Positions 1 through 13,555 of a stretch of 64,000 nt of DNA are shown here, in pieces. Every line of letters starts with the position of its first letter. The stretch's first letter is position 1. This DNA comes from an uncultured delta proteobacterium (lineage in GTDB: Bacteria; Myxococcota; Myxococcia; Myxococcales; Anaeromyxobacteraceae), in assembly GCA_963828255.1 (NCBI GenBank), contig CAWHDZ010000003.1:32001-96000 (forward strand), read 5' to 3'. Position numbers and translations under genes: made by a program. Below the pieces are notes generated by a model. It had not been told where the DNA came from. It did no database searches and worked only from the letters and a program-made list of their open reading frames with translations.

Positions 1-271
1 GCTGGTGCATGGCACACGGGCGCCGGACCGGGGCGTGAAGCAGGCCCCCTTCCACGTGCTCAATGGCGCGCGCATGGCGGCGGTGCTGCTCGAGCTAGGG
101 TTCGTCTCCCACCCGGTCGAGGGAAAGGAGCTCGCCCGGCCGGCGCGGCAGGAGGCCATCGCCGGCTCGATCGCCGCCGGGATCGCCGCCTGGCGTCGCG
201 CCGGGACCGCTGATGCGGCGCCCCCGCAGGCGCCCCCGCAGTCGCCCTCCGCCTCGTCCGCCTCGCGCTAG
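1..271 (+). CDS. N-acetylmuramoyl-L-alanine amidase, C-terminal part (5'-truncated by window)
   Basis: [12 protein letters not shown]...[13 protein letters not shown] is the Amidase_3 C-terminal motif. Confidence 0.85.
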   Translation, partial: LVHGTRAPDRGVKQAPFHVLNGARMAAVLLELGFVSHPVEGKELARPARQEAIAGSIAAGIAAWRRAGTADAAPPQAPPQSPSASSASR

Positions 272-330
272 TTCCCGCCAGCTCCCCCCAGGTCGCGCCA
301 GGACCCTCCCGCGGTTATGATGCGCGCCCC

Positions 331-1050
331 ATGCGCGCCAACGGTAGGCAGGCCGGCCAGCTCCGGCCCATCTCTCTCGACGTGAACGTCTCGAAGCACG
401 CCGAGGGCTCCTGCCTGGCCCGCTTCGGCGACACCCACGTCCTCTGCACCGCCAGCCTGGAGAACCGGGTCCCCCCCCACGTGCTCGGCACCGGCGCCGG
501 CTGGGTCACCGCCGAGTACGGCATGCTCCCCCGTTCCACCAACGAGCGCATGGCCCGCGAGGCGGCCCGCGGCAAGCAGGGCGGCCGGACCCTCGAGATC
601 CAGCGGCTCATCGGCCGGGCCCTGCGGGCATCCATCGACCTGTCCCGGCTCGGTCCCCGCACCCTCACCATCGACTGCGACGTGATCCAGGCCGACGGCG
701 GCACCCGCACCGCGGCCATCACGGGCGGCTTCGTGGCGCTCGCGCTGGCGGTGAAGAAGCTGCAGAAGGCCGGCGTCGTGAAGGGCGCCCCCATCGTCCG
801 GCACGTGGCCGCGGTCAGCGTCGGGGTGGTGGGCGGGGAGGTCCGGCTCGACCTCGAGTACGAGGAGGACTCCACCGCCGAGGTGGACATGAACGTGGTG
901 GCCACCGGCGACCTCGACCTGGTGGAGGTGCAGGGAACCGCCGAGGGAAAGGCCTTCGGCCGCACCCAGCTCGACCAGATGCTCGACAGCGCGCTGGCCG
1001 GAATCGCCGAGCTCAAGGTCCTCCAGGAGAGGGCGCTCGTCGCCCCGTGA
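331..1050 (+). CDS. rph: ribonuclease PH
   Basis: Motifs [35 protein letters not shown]. Confidence 0.97.
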   Translation: MRANGRQAGQLRPISLDVNVSKHAEGSCLARFGDTHVLCTASLENRVPPHVLGTGAGWVTAEYGMLPRSTNERMAREAARGKQGGRTLEIQRLIGRALRASIDLSRLGPRTLTIDCDVIQADGGTRTAAITGGFVALALAVKKLQKAGVVKGAPIVRHVAAVSVGVVGGEVRLDLEYEEDSTAEVDMNVVATGDLDLVEVQGTAEGKAFGRTQLDQMLDSALAGIAELKVLQERALVAP

Positions 1051-1080
1051 GCGACGCCGCGCCGTGACCACGTGCCACCG

Positions 1081-1722
1081 ATGAACCTGCTCTTCGCCAC
1101 CCGCAACCCGGGCAAGCTCCGGGAGCTGCGCCGGCTCGTCACCGGGCTCGACGTCCGGGTGGTCTCCCTGGACGACCTGGAGCGTGACCAGGGACTGAAG
1201 CTGCCCGAGGTCGAGGAGGACCGCTCCACCTTCGCCGGGAACGCCGCGAAGAAGGCCACGGAGAACGCCCGCGCCGCCGGCATGCACGCGCTGGCCGACG
1301 ACTCGGGGCTCTGCATCGACGCGCTCTGGGGCAAGCCCGGGATCCGCTCGGCGCGCTGGTCGGAGGACGAGCGCCCCGGCCTCTCCGGCGCCGACCGCGA
1401 CCGAGCCAACAACGAGAAGCTCCTGATGGTGATGCAGGGGGTCTGGCCCGAGCACCGGGGCGCCGCGTACCGGGCCGTGGTGGCGCTCTCCGCCCCCGAC
1501 GGGACCATCCTGGCCTCGGCCGAGGGAAGCTGCCGGGGCGTGATCGGCGAGGCGCCGCGCGGGGAGGGGGGCTTCGGCTACGACCCGCTCTTCCTCCCCG
1601 AGGGCGCCCCCGGGAAGACCATGGCCGAGCTCGACGCCCCGGAGAAGGACGGGCTCTCCCACCGGGGCGAGGCGCTGCGCCGTCTCCTCCCCGAACTGCG
1701 CCGGATCTCAGCCAACCTTTGA
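1081..1722 (+). CDS. rdgB: RdgB/HAM1 non-canonical purine NTP pyrophosphatase
   Basis: FATRNPGKLRE, ADDSGL, GFGYDPLF, SHRG motifs; follows rph. Alternative GTG start at 1072. Confidence 0.95.
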   Translation: MNLLFATRNPGKLRELRRLVTGLDVRVVSLDDLERDQGLKLPEVEEDRSTFAGNAAKKATENARAAGMHALADDSGLCIDALWGKPGIRSARWSEDERPGLSGADRDRANNEKLLMVMQGVWPEHRGAAYRAVVALSAPDGTILASAEGSCRGVIGEAPRGEGGFGYDPLFLPEGAPGKTMAELDAPEKDGLSHRGEALRRLLPELRRISANL

Positions 1723-1747
1723 CAAAACCCCGGCGGGACGCTAGACA
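1719..1747 (+). promoter_or_regulatory. sigma70-like promoter of tRNA cluster
   Basis: TTGACA-17 bp-TAGACA upstream of tRNA-Pro. Confidence 0.6.
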
Positions 1748-1792
1748 CGGCGCTCCCGGGCCCGGTCGGACGGGAGAAATGTCGTACAGTGC

Positions 1793-1866
1793 CGGGGCGT
1801 AGCGCAGCCTGGTAGCGCGCCTGCCTTGGGCGCAGGAGGTCGCCGGTCCGAATCCGGCCGCCCCGA
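1793..1866 (+). tRNA. tRNA-Pro(TGG)
   Basis: Cloverleaf CGGGGCG...CGCCCCG-A; anticodon arm CCTGC-CT TGG GC-GCAGG; T-loop TCCGAAT; CCA not encoded. Confidence 0.93.
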
Positions 1867-1934
1867 CTCTTTGAAAGCCGAATCGGATGGCCGGGAAGGA
1901 CGACATCCCGGAGCACGGAGGACGGGGCCGACTT

Positions 1935-2011
1935 GCGCCCGTAGCTCAGTTGGATAGAGCAGCGGCCTTCTAAGCCGCGGGTCGGGGGTTCGACTCCCTC
2001 CGGGCGCGCCA
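1935..2011 (+). tRNA. tRNA-Arg(TCT)
   Basis: GCGCCCG...CGGGCGC-GCCA; anticodon arm GCGGC-CT TCT AA-GCCGC. Confidence 0.96.
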
Positions 2012-2020
2012 ACATTTTAC

Positions 2021-2097
2021 GGTGAGTGTAGCTCAATCGGTAGAGCACTGGACTGTGGATCCGGGGGTTGAGGGTTCGAGCCCCTTCACTCACCCCA
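2021..2097 (+). tRNA. tRNA-His(GTG)
   Basis: G(-1)GTGAGTG...CACTCAC-C-CCA; anticodon GTG. Confidence 0.96.
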
Positions 2098-2129
2098 TTC
2101 TTCTCCGGCTGCGGGGTCGCCCGCCGCCT

Positions 2130-2206
2130 GCGCCCGTAGCTCAGTTGGATAGAGCGTCGGCCTTCGAAGCCGCAGGTCGGGGGTTCGATTCCCTCCGGGC
2201 GCGCCA
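2130..2206 (+). tRNA. tRNA-Arg(TCG)
   Basis: GCGCCCG...CGGGCGC-GCCA; anticodon loop CT TCG AA. Confidence 0.94.
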
Positions 2207-2235
2207 TTGACAACCCCGGGGACGGCTGGTAGATC
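2207..2235 (+). promoter_or_regulatory. sigma70-like promoter of tRNA-Lys
   Basis: TTGACA-17 bp-TAGATC. Confidence 0.6.
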
Positions 2236-2277
2236 GCCGCCCCTCGCCAGAGCCATCCGAAGAACCCCGATGTTTCC

Positions 2278-2353
2278 GGGCGCATAGCTCAACTGGCAGA
2301 GCAATGGACTCTTAATCCATAGGTTGAAGGTTCGATTCCTTCTGCGCTCACCA
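2278..2353 (+). tRNA. tRNA-Lys(CTT)
   Basis: GGGCGCA...TGCGCTC-ACCA; anticodon arm ATGGA-CT CTT AA-TCCAT. Confidence 0.96.
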
Positions 2354-2355
2354 CT

Positions 2356-2390
2356 GGCCCCCCTGGATCCCTTCCGGGGGGGCCTTTCTC
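2356..2390 (+). terminator. rho-independent terminator after tRNA cluster
   Basis: GGCCCCCCTGGA/TCCGGGGGGGCC stem followed by TTTCTC. Confidence 0.7.
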
Positions 2391-2793
2391 ACTTCTTCCC
2401 GCCCTGGATGAGGCCGAAGCGCGGCTTCTTCCGCTCCGGCGGGCGCAGCGTCCCCGAGACCACCGACGTCCAGGGGAAGGCCACCTCCTTGCGCATCCCC
2501 TTGAAGGTGAGCTCGCAGCGGATCCCCCACTCGTCGAGCATCACCTCCGGCGCGTCCCGGCCGGCCACCACGTTGAGCCGCACCAGCTGCTCCTCGCGCA
2601 GGTACTCGGGGAGATCGACGCCGGCCACACCCGGGGCCACCATCACCCACTCGATGGCGGCGGCCTCCCGGCAGGCCGCCAGCATCTCCGCGTGGCGCTG
2701 CTGCAGGAAGTAGAAGTGGAGGGCCCACTCGCTCCAGCGCGGACAGGCCGGAGTGCATGCGGCCTCGGGGTCGTGAGCGTGCGGGGCGTCCAC
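2389..2793 (-). CDS. SspB-like (ClpXP specificity-enhancing factor) protein, ~134 aa
   Basis: GVDLPEYL...[13 protein letters not shown]...VAFPWTSV and C-terminal [11 protein letters not shown]; divergent from tig-clpP-clpX; GTG start inferred. Confidence 0.65.
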   Translation of the reverse strand: MDAPHAHDPEAACTPACPRWSEWALHFYFLQQRHAEMLAACREAAAIEWVMVAPGVAGVDLPEYLREEQLVRLNVVAGRDAPEVMLDEWGIRCELTFKGMRKEVAFPWTSVVSGTLRPPERKKPRFGLIQGGKK

Positions 2794-2864
2794 GGGGGTG
2801 GTTCTACAACGAAACGGGGTGCGCCGGCCCGGGCCCTGATCGGATAGTCTCCCCGAAAGTCCGC

Positions 2865-2946
2865 GGGCGGGTGGCGGAACTGGCAGACGCGCCGGACTTA
2901 GGATCCGGTGCCGCAAGGCATGAGGGTTCGAGTCCCTCCCCGCCCA
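2865..2946 (+). tRNA. tRNA-Leu(TAG)
   Basis: GGGCGGG...CCCGCCC-A; anticodon arm CCGGA-CT TAG GA-TCCGG; long variable arm. Confidence 0.95.
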
Positions 2947-2953
2947 CTTTCCC

Positions 2954-2982
2954 TTGACCCGGCGCCTTCGCGGCCGTAGGTC
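2954..2982 (+). promoter_or_regulatory. sigma70-like promoter of tig
   Basis: TTGACC-17 bp-TAGGTC. Confidence 0.5.
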
Positions 2983-3015
2983 TATGCCCCCGTTCCGCTT
3001 GAAGGAATTCCCCGA

Positions 3016-4296
3016 ATGAAGATCCAGGTAGAGAAGCTCTCCCCCGTGGAGAAGAAGGTCACCGTCGAGATCGAGGCCGCCGAGGTGGCCAAGGAGATCG
3101 ATCGCGCCTACAGCGCCCTGGGCCGCCGCGCCAAGCTGCGCGGCTTCCGCCCCGGCAAGGCCCCCCGCACGGTGCTCGAGCGCAACTTCAAGGATCAGGT
3201 CGAGGCCGACGTGGTCGAGCGGCTCGTCCAGAAGAGCTTCGAGGAGGCCACCAAGCAGGAGGACCTCGACGCCGTGGCCGCACCGCGCGTGCAGGTGGGC
3301 GAGGGGGGCGTCGGTGCGGACCGGCCCTTCTCCTACACCGCCCGCGTCGAGGTGAAGCCGGTCATCGTCCCCAAGGACTACCGGGGCATCACCGTGACCC
3401 GGAAGCCGGTGGAGATCACCGACGCCGCCGTGGACGCCGAGGTGGAGCGGCTGCACCAGTCCTACGGCGAGATGGTGGACGTGGAGGGGCGCGACATCGC
3501 CGAGGAGGGCGACTGGGCGGTCATCGACTACCAGGGCAGCGTCGAGGGCAAGCCCTTCGACGGCGGAACCGCCGAGGGAGCGCTCATCCAGGTGAAGGAC
3601 GGCAACTTCTTCGCCGGCGAGATGGCGGCGCTCCTGGGGCGCAAGGTCGGCGAGTCCTTCGAGACCGAGCAGCACTTCCCGGTCGATTTCCGCGACACCG
3701 CCCTGGCCGGCAAGCCGGGGAAGTTCGCCATCACCGTGAAGTCGCTGCGCGCCCAGAGGATCCCGCCCCTCGACGACGCCTTCGCCAAGGAGGTCGGCAT
3801 CGATGGGGTGGAGACGCTGCCCGCGCTCAGGGACCGCATCCGCACCGACCTGGGGAAGCGCGAGAAGAGGCGCGCCGAGGCCGAGGAGCGGGACGCGCTG
3901 GTGAAGGGCGCGCTCGAGAAGAACGACTTCGAGGTTCCGCCGGCGCTGATCGAGCGGACCATCGACGCCATGGTGGAGAACACGGCGCAGCGGCTGGCCC
4001 GCCAGGGCGTGGACCTTCGAACGCTCGACCTCGACCTGGCCCGCATCCGCACCGACATGCGGGAGCAGGCGGTGCTCACCGTGAAGGCGGCGCTGCTCCT
4101 CGAGGCCATCGCGCTGGCCGAGAAGGTCGAGGTGGGCGAGCAGGAGGAGCAGGAGGAGATCCAGCGCCGTGCCGACGAGATGGGGGTGCCCCCCTCCCGG
4201 CTCCAGGTGAAGGGCGAGGGGCGCCAGGCGCTGCGCCAGCGCATCCGCGAGGACAAGGTCGTGGCGATCCTCGCCGCCGCCGCTATCTTCCAGTAG
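3016..4296 (+). CDS. tig: trigger factor
   Basis: GFRPGKAP ribosome-binding signature, FKBP domain, synteny with clpP/clpX. Confidence 0.97.
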   Translation: MKIQVEKLSPVEKKVTVEIEAAEVAKEIDRAYSALGRRAKLRGFRPGKAPRTVLERNFKDQVEADVVERLVQKSFEEATKQEDLDAVAAPRVQVGEGGVGADRPFSYTARVEVKPVIVPKDYRGITVTRKPVEITDAAVDAEVERLHQSYGEMVDVEGRDIAEEGDWAVIDYQGSVEGKPFDGGTAEGALIQVKDGNFFAGEMAALLGRKVGESFETEQHFPVDFRDTALAGKPGKFAITVKSLRAQRIPPLDDAFAKEVGIDGVETLPALRDRIRTDLGKREKRRAEAEERDALVKGALEKNDFEVPPALIERTIDAMVENTAQRLARQGVDLRTLDLDLARIRTDMREQAVLTVKAALLLEAIALAEKVEVGEQEEQEEIQRRADEMGVPPSRLQVKGEGRQALRQRIREDKVVAILAAAAIFQ

Positions 4297-4329
4297 AGGG
4301 TCCCGCCGGAGCGGCGCCCAGGAGGAACG

Positions 4330-4935
4330 ATGCCCTACATCCCGATGCCGTACGTGATCGAGCAGACCCACCGGGGCGAGCGCTCCTACGACATCTACTC
4401 GCGCCTGCTCAAGGACCGCATCATCTTCATCGGAACGGCCATCGACGACGACGTGGCCAACGTGGTCACCGCCCAGCTCCTCTTCCTCGAGTCGGAGGAC
4501 CCGGAGAAGGACGTCTCCATCTACATCAACAGCCCGGGCGGCTCGGTGACCTCGGGCCTGGCCATCTACGACACCATGCAGTACGTGAAGCCGCCGGTCT
4601 CCACCATCTGCCTGGGGCAGGCGGCCAGCATGGCGGCGGTGCTGCTCTCGGCGGGCGCCAAGGGCAAGCGCTTCGGCGTCCCCAACGCGCGCATCATGAT
4701 CCACCAGCTCTCCGGGGGCTTCTCCGGCCAGGCCAGCGACATCGAGATCCAGGCCCGGGAGGCGCTGCGGCTCAAGCACTCCCTCGACGAGATCCTGGCC
4801 CGCCACTCCGGCCAGCCCATCGAGCGGATCTCCAAGGACACCGACCGGGACTACTTCATGTCGCCGCAGGAGGCCAAGGATTACGGCCTCATCGACGAGG
4901 TGATCGTCACGAAGAAGGCGGCCGAGGCCAAGTAG
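4330..4935 (+). CDS. clpP: ATP-dependent Clp protease proteolytic subunit
   Basis: [35 protein letters not shown]. Confidence 0.98.
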   Translation: MPYIPMPYVIEQTHRGERSYDIYSRLLKDRIIFIGTAIDDDVANVVTAQLLFLESEDPEKDVSIYINSPGGSVTSGLAIYDTMQYVKPPVSTICLGQAASMAAVLLSAGAKGKRFGVPNARIMIHQLSGGFSGQASDIEIQAREALRLKHSLDEILARHSGQPIERISKDTDRDYFMSPQEAKDYGLIDEVIVTKKAAEAK

Positions 4936-4950
4936 CGCTAGGATCAGGGG

Positions 4951-6198
<1,248 letters not shown>

Positions 6199-6242
6199 AT
6201 TCGCGGCAGGACGTCCAACACCAACATCGGAGGGGATGCACG

Positions 6243-6563
6243 ATGAAGAGGATTGCGATGGCTCTCGTGGCGGGCGCCACGTTGTCGGGTTGTGCCGGCC
6301 TGGCGTTCGCCGGTCGCGCCAATGGCTCCATGGGCATCTACTCGGAGACCAAGGCCAATGACCAGATCACCGACGAGACCCTGACGGCCAAGACGGGCGA
6401 GGCCTGCTCCACCTCCATCCTCGGCCTGGTCACGACCGGTGACTCGTCGGTGCCGACCGCCGCGAAGAACGGTGGCATCAAGAAGATCGTGTCGGTCGAC
6501 AACAACTTCATGCAGGTGCTCGGCGTCTACGCCAAGTTCTGCACGGTCGTCACGGGCGAGTAG
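6243..6563 (+). CDS. TRL-like family lipoprotein (106 aa)
   Basis: Lipobox [31 protein letters not shown]...VD...[21 protein letters not shown]. Confidence 0.8.
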   Translation: MKRIAMALVAGATLSGCAGLAFAGRANGSMGIYSETKANDQITDETLTAKTGEACSTSILGLVTTGDSSVPTAAKNGGIKKIVSVDNNFMQVLGVYAKFCTVVTGE

Positions 6564-6572
6564 CGCGTCCCG

Positions 6573-6666
6573 ACGTACCGGAACCAGACCAGAGCGTCGA
6601 CGTCGGCCCGGCCGGTGGGTCGGTTCCACGTGGGCGGCTCCCGCAGCCAACGCTCGTCGAGGGCGT
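6573..6666 (-). pseudogene. remnant 3' end of an aminotransferase-V gene (diverged copy of 8567..8660)
   Basis: Translates [30 protein letters not shown]; 33 bp identical to 8591..8623. Confidence 0.8.
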
Positions 6667-6856
6667 TGAGCAGGAGAGCGCCTGACCCCCCTGCGCTTTT
6701 GAGGGGCTGTCGTTCGGCCGGGGTGCTTCCGCAGCGGCCCACGGCCCAGCCGGGACGCCCCGACACGGGACTTGTTCTCTCCCACCCAGGGGCAGACTCT
6801 GCGAATGAAAGGGCGGGCACGCCCGCTTCGCGCCAGCATCGGCCCAGGCGACCACC

Positions 6857-7627
6857 ATGGGAAACGATTTCCTCGGTGTGGAGACGGTGGAGGCCCGCAC
6901 CTCGATGGGCCCGGTGCGGCTCCCCGTCCTGTACGCGGACGGCACGGCGCTGCTGGCGTTCTTCTGGGTGGATCCGGTCCGGGCGCGGCGGTTGCTGGAG
7001 GGCTCCGGGCTCGAGCCGCTTCGCTTCCCGGGCCGGCGAGCGCTGCTGGCGCTGGGGTTCTATGACTATCGGGAGACGACCATCGGCCCGTACCACGAGG
7101 TGGGCTCGGCCCTGGCGGTGGTCCCGACCGGTGCGCCGTCCTCCGGGCTTGCCGCGCTGGAACTGGTGCGTGCCGCGCAACGGCGACGCGCGGGCTACCA
7201 CATCCTCGACCTGCCGGTCTCGACACCCATCGCCGATGTCGGTGGGCGGGAGCTCTGGGGCCTCCCGAAGTTCCTGACCCAGCTTCCGCTCCGCGTCGGG
7301 ACGAGCAGCGTCGAGGGTCAGGTGCTGGATCCGGGCGGGGCAGTCCCGCTCCTCACGCTGTCGGGAACGGTTGGCTGGCGCTGGCCCGGGCCCGCGCTCG
7401 ACCTGGTGCTCTACTCCCACCTGAAAGGGCGGAGGCTGCGCACCGTGGTCCACGTGAGAGGACCATTCCGCTTCTCCTCCGGGAGCGAGGTCCAGCTGGC
7501 GCTCGGGCCTGGTCGTCATCGCATGACCGAGAACCTGCGGGCTCTCGGTGTCGACAGGGCGCGCCCGTTCGCGGTTGGATGCTGTCTGCGGTACCGGGCC
7601 CGGCTGCACGCGGGCGAGCCCGCCTGA
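6857..7627 (+). CDS. acetoacetate decarboxylase-like family protein
   Basis: [15 protein letters not shown] and GRELWGLPK (Schiff-base Lys) motifs. Confidence 0.85.
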   Translation: MGNDFLGVETVEARTSMGPVRLPVLYADGTALLAFFWVDPVRARRLLEGSGLEPLRFPGRRALLALGFYDYRETTIGPYHEVGSALAVVPTGAPSSGLAALELVRAAQRRRAGYHILDLPVSTPIADVGGRELWGLPKFLTQLPLRVGTSSVEGQVLDPGGAVPLLTLSGTVGWRWPGPALDLVLYSHLKGRRLRTVVHVRGPFRFSSGSEVQLALGPGRHRMTENLRALGVDRARPFAVGCCLRYRARLHAGEPA

Positions 7628-7666
7628 CCCCTCGCCCGCGCTGGACGCGCTCCATGGAGGTGGATC

Positions 7667-8572
7667 ATGCCCGCAGGCCCCGCCGCCCCGCCGTCCACGC
7701 CCGAGCCCAGCTCGCCAACGATGTCGGTACAGACGCCCATGGGCAGGTGGGTCTACACCATCCACGGAGCGAAACACCGACCCGACGACCCGGACATCCT
7801 CCTCCTGCATGGGCTCTTCGTCGACTCCAGCCTCTGGCGAGCGCAGATCGAACCCCTGGCACGCCTCGGTCGAGTGGTGGCGCTCGACCTTCCTGGCCAC
7901 GGTGCGAGCGAGGTGCCCCCGCCGTTCGATCTCGAGGAGCATGCGGATGCGCTTGCCGGCGCGCTGCCGGCGATGCACATCCGGCGCGCGGTCTGCGTGG
8001 GCTGGTCCTGGGGTGCGGCGCTGTCCCTGCTGCTCGCCGTGCGCCACCCGGCGTTCGTGAGCGCGCTCGCCGTGCTCGACGCCAGCGCCGAGAAGCAGAC
8101 ACCGTACCGCAAGGCGAAGTTCGGGCTTCTCGTCGCCTACGTTCGTCGCTTCGGGCTGCCGCCATGGCTCGCGCGTTCCCAGATCGCCCCGCTCATGCTG
8201 GCTCCACGGTCGCGTCGGGAGCGTCCGAAGCTCGTGGAGGAATTCGTGCGAAGCGCCACCTCGCTCCCCCGTGAAGCACTGGTTCGCGCGGCCATGGCAG
8301 TCGCCATCGATGCGCCGGACATCCTCGGGCGCCTGGACAGGGTGACGGTTCCAACCCTGGTTCTCTGCGGCAGGGAGGATCGCGGCAATCCGCCCTCGCT
8401 GAGCCAGCACATCGCTGGCGCCATCGCCGGTGCGCGCTTCGAGTGGATAGAGGGGGCAGGCCACCTGGCACCGATGGAACGACCGGAGGAGGTGAACCGC
8501 TTGCTGATCCCCTTCGTCGCTGCGCAGGGTTCGCGATGCGCGCGCCCCTACATCCCCTCCGTCTCCACGTAG
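7667..8572 (+). CDS. alpha/beta hydrolase (enol-lactonase-like)
   Basis: LLHG, DLPGHGAS, GWSWG nucleophile elbow, GAGH; start uncertain. Confidence 0.88.
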   Translation: MPAGPAAPPSTPEPSSPTMSVQTPMGRWVYTIHGAKHRPDDPDILLLHGLFVDSSLWRAQIEPLARLGRVVALDLPGHGASEVPPPFDLEEHADALAGALPAMHIRRAVCVGWSWGAALSLLLAVRHPAFVSALAVLDASAEKQTPYRKAKFGLLVAYVRRFGLPPWLARSQIAPLMLAPRSRRERPKLVEEFVRSATSLPREALVRAAMAVAIDAPDILGRLDRVTVPTLVLCGREDRGNPPSLSQHIAGAIAGARFEWIEGAGHLAPMERPEEVNRLLIPFVAAQGSRCARPYIPSVST

Positions 8573-10239
8573 CGGAACCACACCAGCGCATCGACGTCGG
8601 CCCGGCCGGTGGGTCGGTTCCACACCGGCGGTTCGGCCCTCCAGCGCCGCTCCAGCCCGTCCGCCACCCGCTCCGCCTCCTCCAGGTACCCTGCCCGCTC
8701 GGCCTCCCGCCCGGCGGGGGAGGGGATCGCCCCGGCCGGGGGCGGGCCGGAAAGGATCGATTCCGCGGTGAGCCGGACCGGCGCCGGATCGGCCACCTCT
8801 CCCTCCCGGTTGCGCCACACCCCGTCCCGCCAGTCGAGCCGGTAGAGGGGCACGAAGGCCTCGCCGCGGGAAGCCACGAACTCCACCGCACGCAGCGTGA
8901 ACTCCACGTCCTCGGGCGAGGCGTACCAGGGAAGCGAGACCCGCACCCAGCCCGGCTTCGCGCCCACCACGCCGTCCGCGATGAGCCTCCGGAACCGTTC
9001 CGACAGATCCCCGGAGATCCCCAGGAGCCGGTGGCCGTAGGGGCCTGCGCAGGAGCAGCCGGCCCGGTTCTGGATCCCGAAGAGGTGGTCGAGGAGCGCC
9101 GAGACGAGGTCGTGGTGCAACCCCTCCACGTTGAAGGAGAGGATGGGCAGGCGCGGGGCGTCGAGCGGTCCGTAGACCCGGATGCGCGGGTGGCGGGAGA
9201 GCCGCTCGACCGCGGCGCGGGCCAGCGCCACGTCGTGGTCGCGGATGGCGGCGGCCCCAACGTGGTCCTTGAGGGCGAAGGCGATGCCGGCCCGCAGGTC
9301 GCCCACGATGTCGGGCGTGCCCCCCTCCTCCCGCTCGGAGAGCCCGTGCACGTAGTCCACCTGGTCGTGCCGGCAGCCCGAGACGTAGTCGACCGTTCCG
9401 CCGCCGGGCCGCTCCGGGGTGCGGCTCCGGAAGAGGTCGCGGTGGGCCACCAGCACGCCCGAACCCTCCGGGCCGCCCGGGAACTTGTGGGTGGAGACGA
9501 AGACCGCGTCGAGCCGCGCCAGGGGGTCCTCCGGGTGCATGTCGATGGGCAGGTAGGGCCCGCCGGCGGCGTAGTCCACGAAGGCGAGAGCCCCCTCCTC
9601 GTGGAGGACCCGGGCCACGCCGGCCACGTCGGTGAGGAGCCCGTCCACGTTGGAGGCGGCCGAGAAGGCCCCGGCCACGAGCGGCCTCCCGCGCGCGGCC
9701 CGGGCGCGGCGGCGCAGGTCGTCGAGGTCCACGTGGCCCCGGGAGTCGAGGGCCACCTCCTCCACGTCGGCGATGCTCTCCACCCAGGGGAGCACGTTGG
9801 AGTGGTGCTCGTACGGGCCGACCAGGACGACCGGGCGCCTCTCCGGGGGGACGTGGGAGGAGAGCCGGTACTCCCGCTCCAGCGGCTCGGGGATGCGCAG
9901 GCCGAGCAGGCCGGTGAGCTTGTTCACCGCGGCGGTGGCCCCGCTGCCCGTGAAGAGGACCACGTCCTCCGGGCCGGCGTTCACGGACCGTGCGATGGCG
10001 GCGCGGGCCTGCTCGCGCAGCCCGTTCATCACCCGGCCGGTGGTGGAGACCGCGGTGTGGGTGTTGGCGTACATGGGGCGGAGCGCGTCCACCCAGCGTT
10101 CCACGAAGTCGAGGTGGTGGCCGGTGGCGGTCCCGTCGGCCGGGTGGAGGAGGCGCGGCCCGAACGGGGTGGGGATGCGCGCCCCGCGCCCGCACTCGGC
10201 GTCGCGCAGGCGCGCCGCCAGCTCCTGGAAGGTGGACAT
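8548..10239 (-). CDS. aminotransferase class V / cysteine desulfurase-like PLP enzyme
   Basis: YANTHT, GPYEHHSN, SAASNV, STHKFPGGP (PLP Lys), EEGGTP, RAGCSCAGPYGH. Confidence 0.92.
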   Translation of the reverse strand: MSTFQELAARLRDAECGRGARIPTPFGPRLLHPADGTATGHHLDFVERWVDALRPMYANTHTAVSTTGRVMNGLREQARAAIARSVNAGPEDVVLFTGSGATAAVNKLTGLLGLRIPEPLEREYRLSSHVPPERRPVVLVGPYEHHSNVLPWVESIADVEEVALDSRGHVDLDDLRRRARAARGRPLVAGAFSAASNVDGLLTDVAGVARVLHEEGALAFVDYAAGGPYLPIDMHPEDPLARLDAVFVSTHKFPGGPEGSGVLVAHRDLFRSRTPERPGGGTVDYVSGCRHDQVDYVHGLSEREEGGTPDIVGDLRAGIAFALKDHVGAAAIRDHDVALARAAVERLSRHPRIRVYGPLDAPRLPILSFNVEGLHHDLVSALLDHLFGIQNRAGCSCAGPYGHRLLGISGDLSERFRRLIADGVVGAKPGWVRVSLPWYASPEDVEFTLRAVEFVASRGEAFVPLYRLDWRDGVWRNREGEVADPAPVRLTAESILSGPPPAGAIPSPAGREAERAGYLEEAERVADGLERRWRAEPPVWNRPTGRADVDALVWFRYVETEGM

Positions 10240-10362
10240 CTCGCGCCGTTCTAGCCCGGCGCTGCCGGGGGGACAAGCAACGGCTTTTCCAGCGTTCCCG
10301 ATGGGTCGCAGAACTGTCCACCCCCCGGTCCGGTGGTAGAAGGGAAGGACCGGAGGTCGAAC

Positions 10363-12767
<2,405 letters not shown>

Positions 12768-12792
<25 letters not shown>

Positions 12793-13538
12793 AGCCGCTC
12801 GGCCCCGCGCCGCCCGTCGAGGGGAGCGAGCCCGAGCCGCGCCAGGTCCCAGCCTGGCGTCCCGTCCTTCACCAGCACGCCCCGCCGCGCCACCCGCACC
12901 GCCCGGTCGATCGCACCCCGGGAGAGGGGTCGGGCGTCGCCGAGCCGCCGCAGCAGGTCGAACCCGGGCGCCGCCGCGCGGGGGTGGCGGAACATGGGGT
13001 CGAAGACCACCACGTCGAAGCTGCGCTCGGGCGAGAGATCCAGCCAGGTGGCGTGGTCGGCGGCGACGACCTCGACCCGGGAGGCCGCTTCGCCGGGGAG
13101 GCGGGCGAACCCCTCGCCGGCCCAGGCTGCGAGCAGGGGCGAGCTCTCGAGTCCCACCACCCGGCCGCCCGCCCCCACCGCGGCGGCCGCCACCAGCGCG
13201 TCGGCCCCCAGACCCAGCGTGCAGTCGAGGACCGCGTCGCCGGGGCGCAGTCGCGCCGCCTCGAGGAACGAGTCGCCGGTGATCCGCTCCCCTGCGAGGA
13301 GGCGCTTGGCGCGCAACCCGCCCATTCCCGGGTGCCAGCGCTGCTCGGCGCCGGCCACCCAGAGGGAGGCGAACCCGCCGAGGACGAGGAGCGCGTCGGC
13401 TCCCGCGGCGGCGGCCACCTCCTCGAGCGACCGGGTGGCCCGGGGCTGGAAGGGGAGGGCGCGCCGGAGGGCCGCGTCCCGGGCGGACGAGAGGGCCTCC
13501 GGCGTGGGGCGGAAGGGAGTGGTGACGGCGAGGCGCAC
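12768..13538 (-). CDS. class I SAM-dependent methyltransferase (RsmJ-like)
   Basis: [12 protein letters not shown] and [10 protein letters not shown] motifs. Confidence 0.85.
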
Positions 13539-13555
13539 CGGGTATCTATACTTCC

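Noticed and set aside
1578..2304. ORFs across the tRNA cluster
   Set aside because: Translations of tRNA genes on either strand
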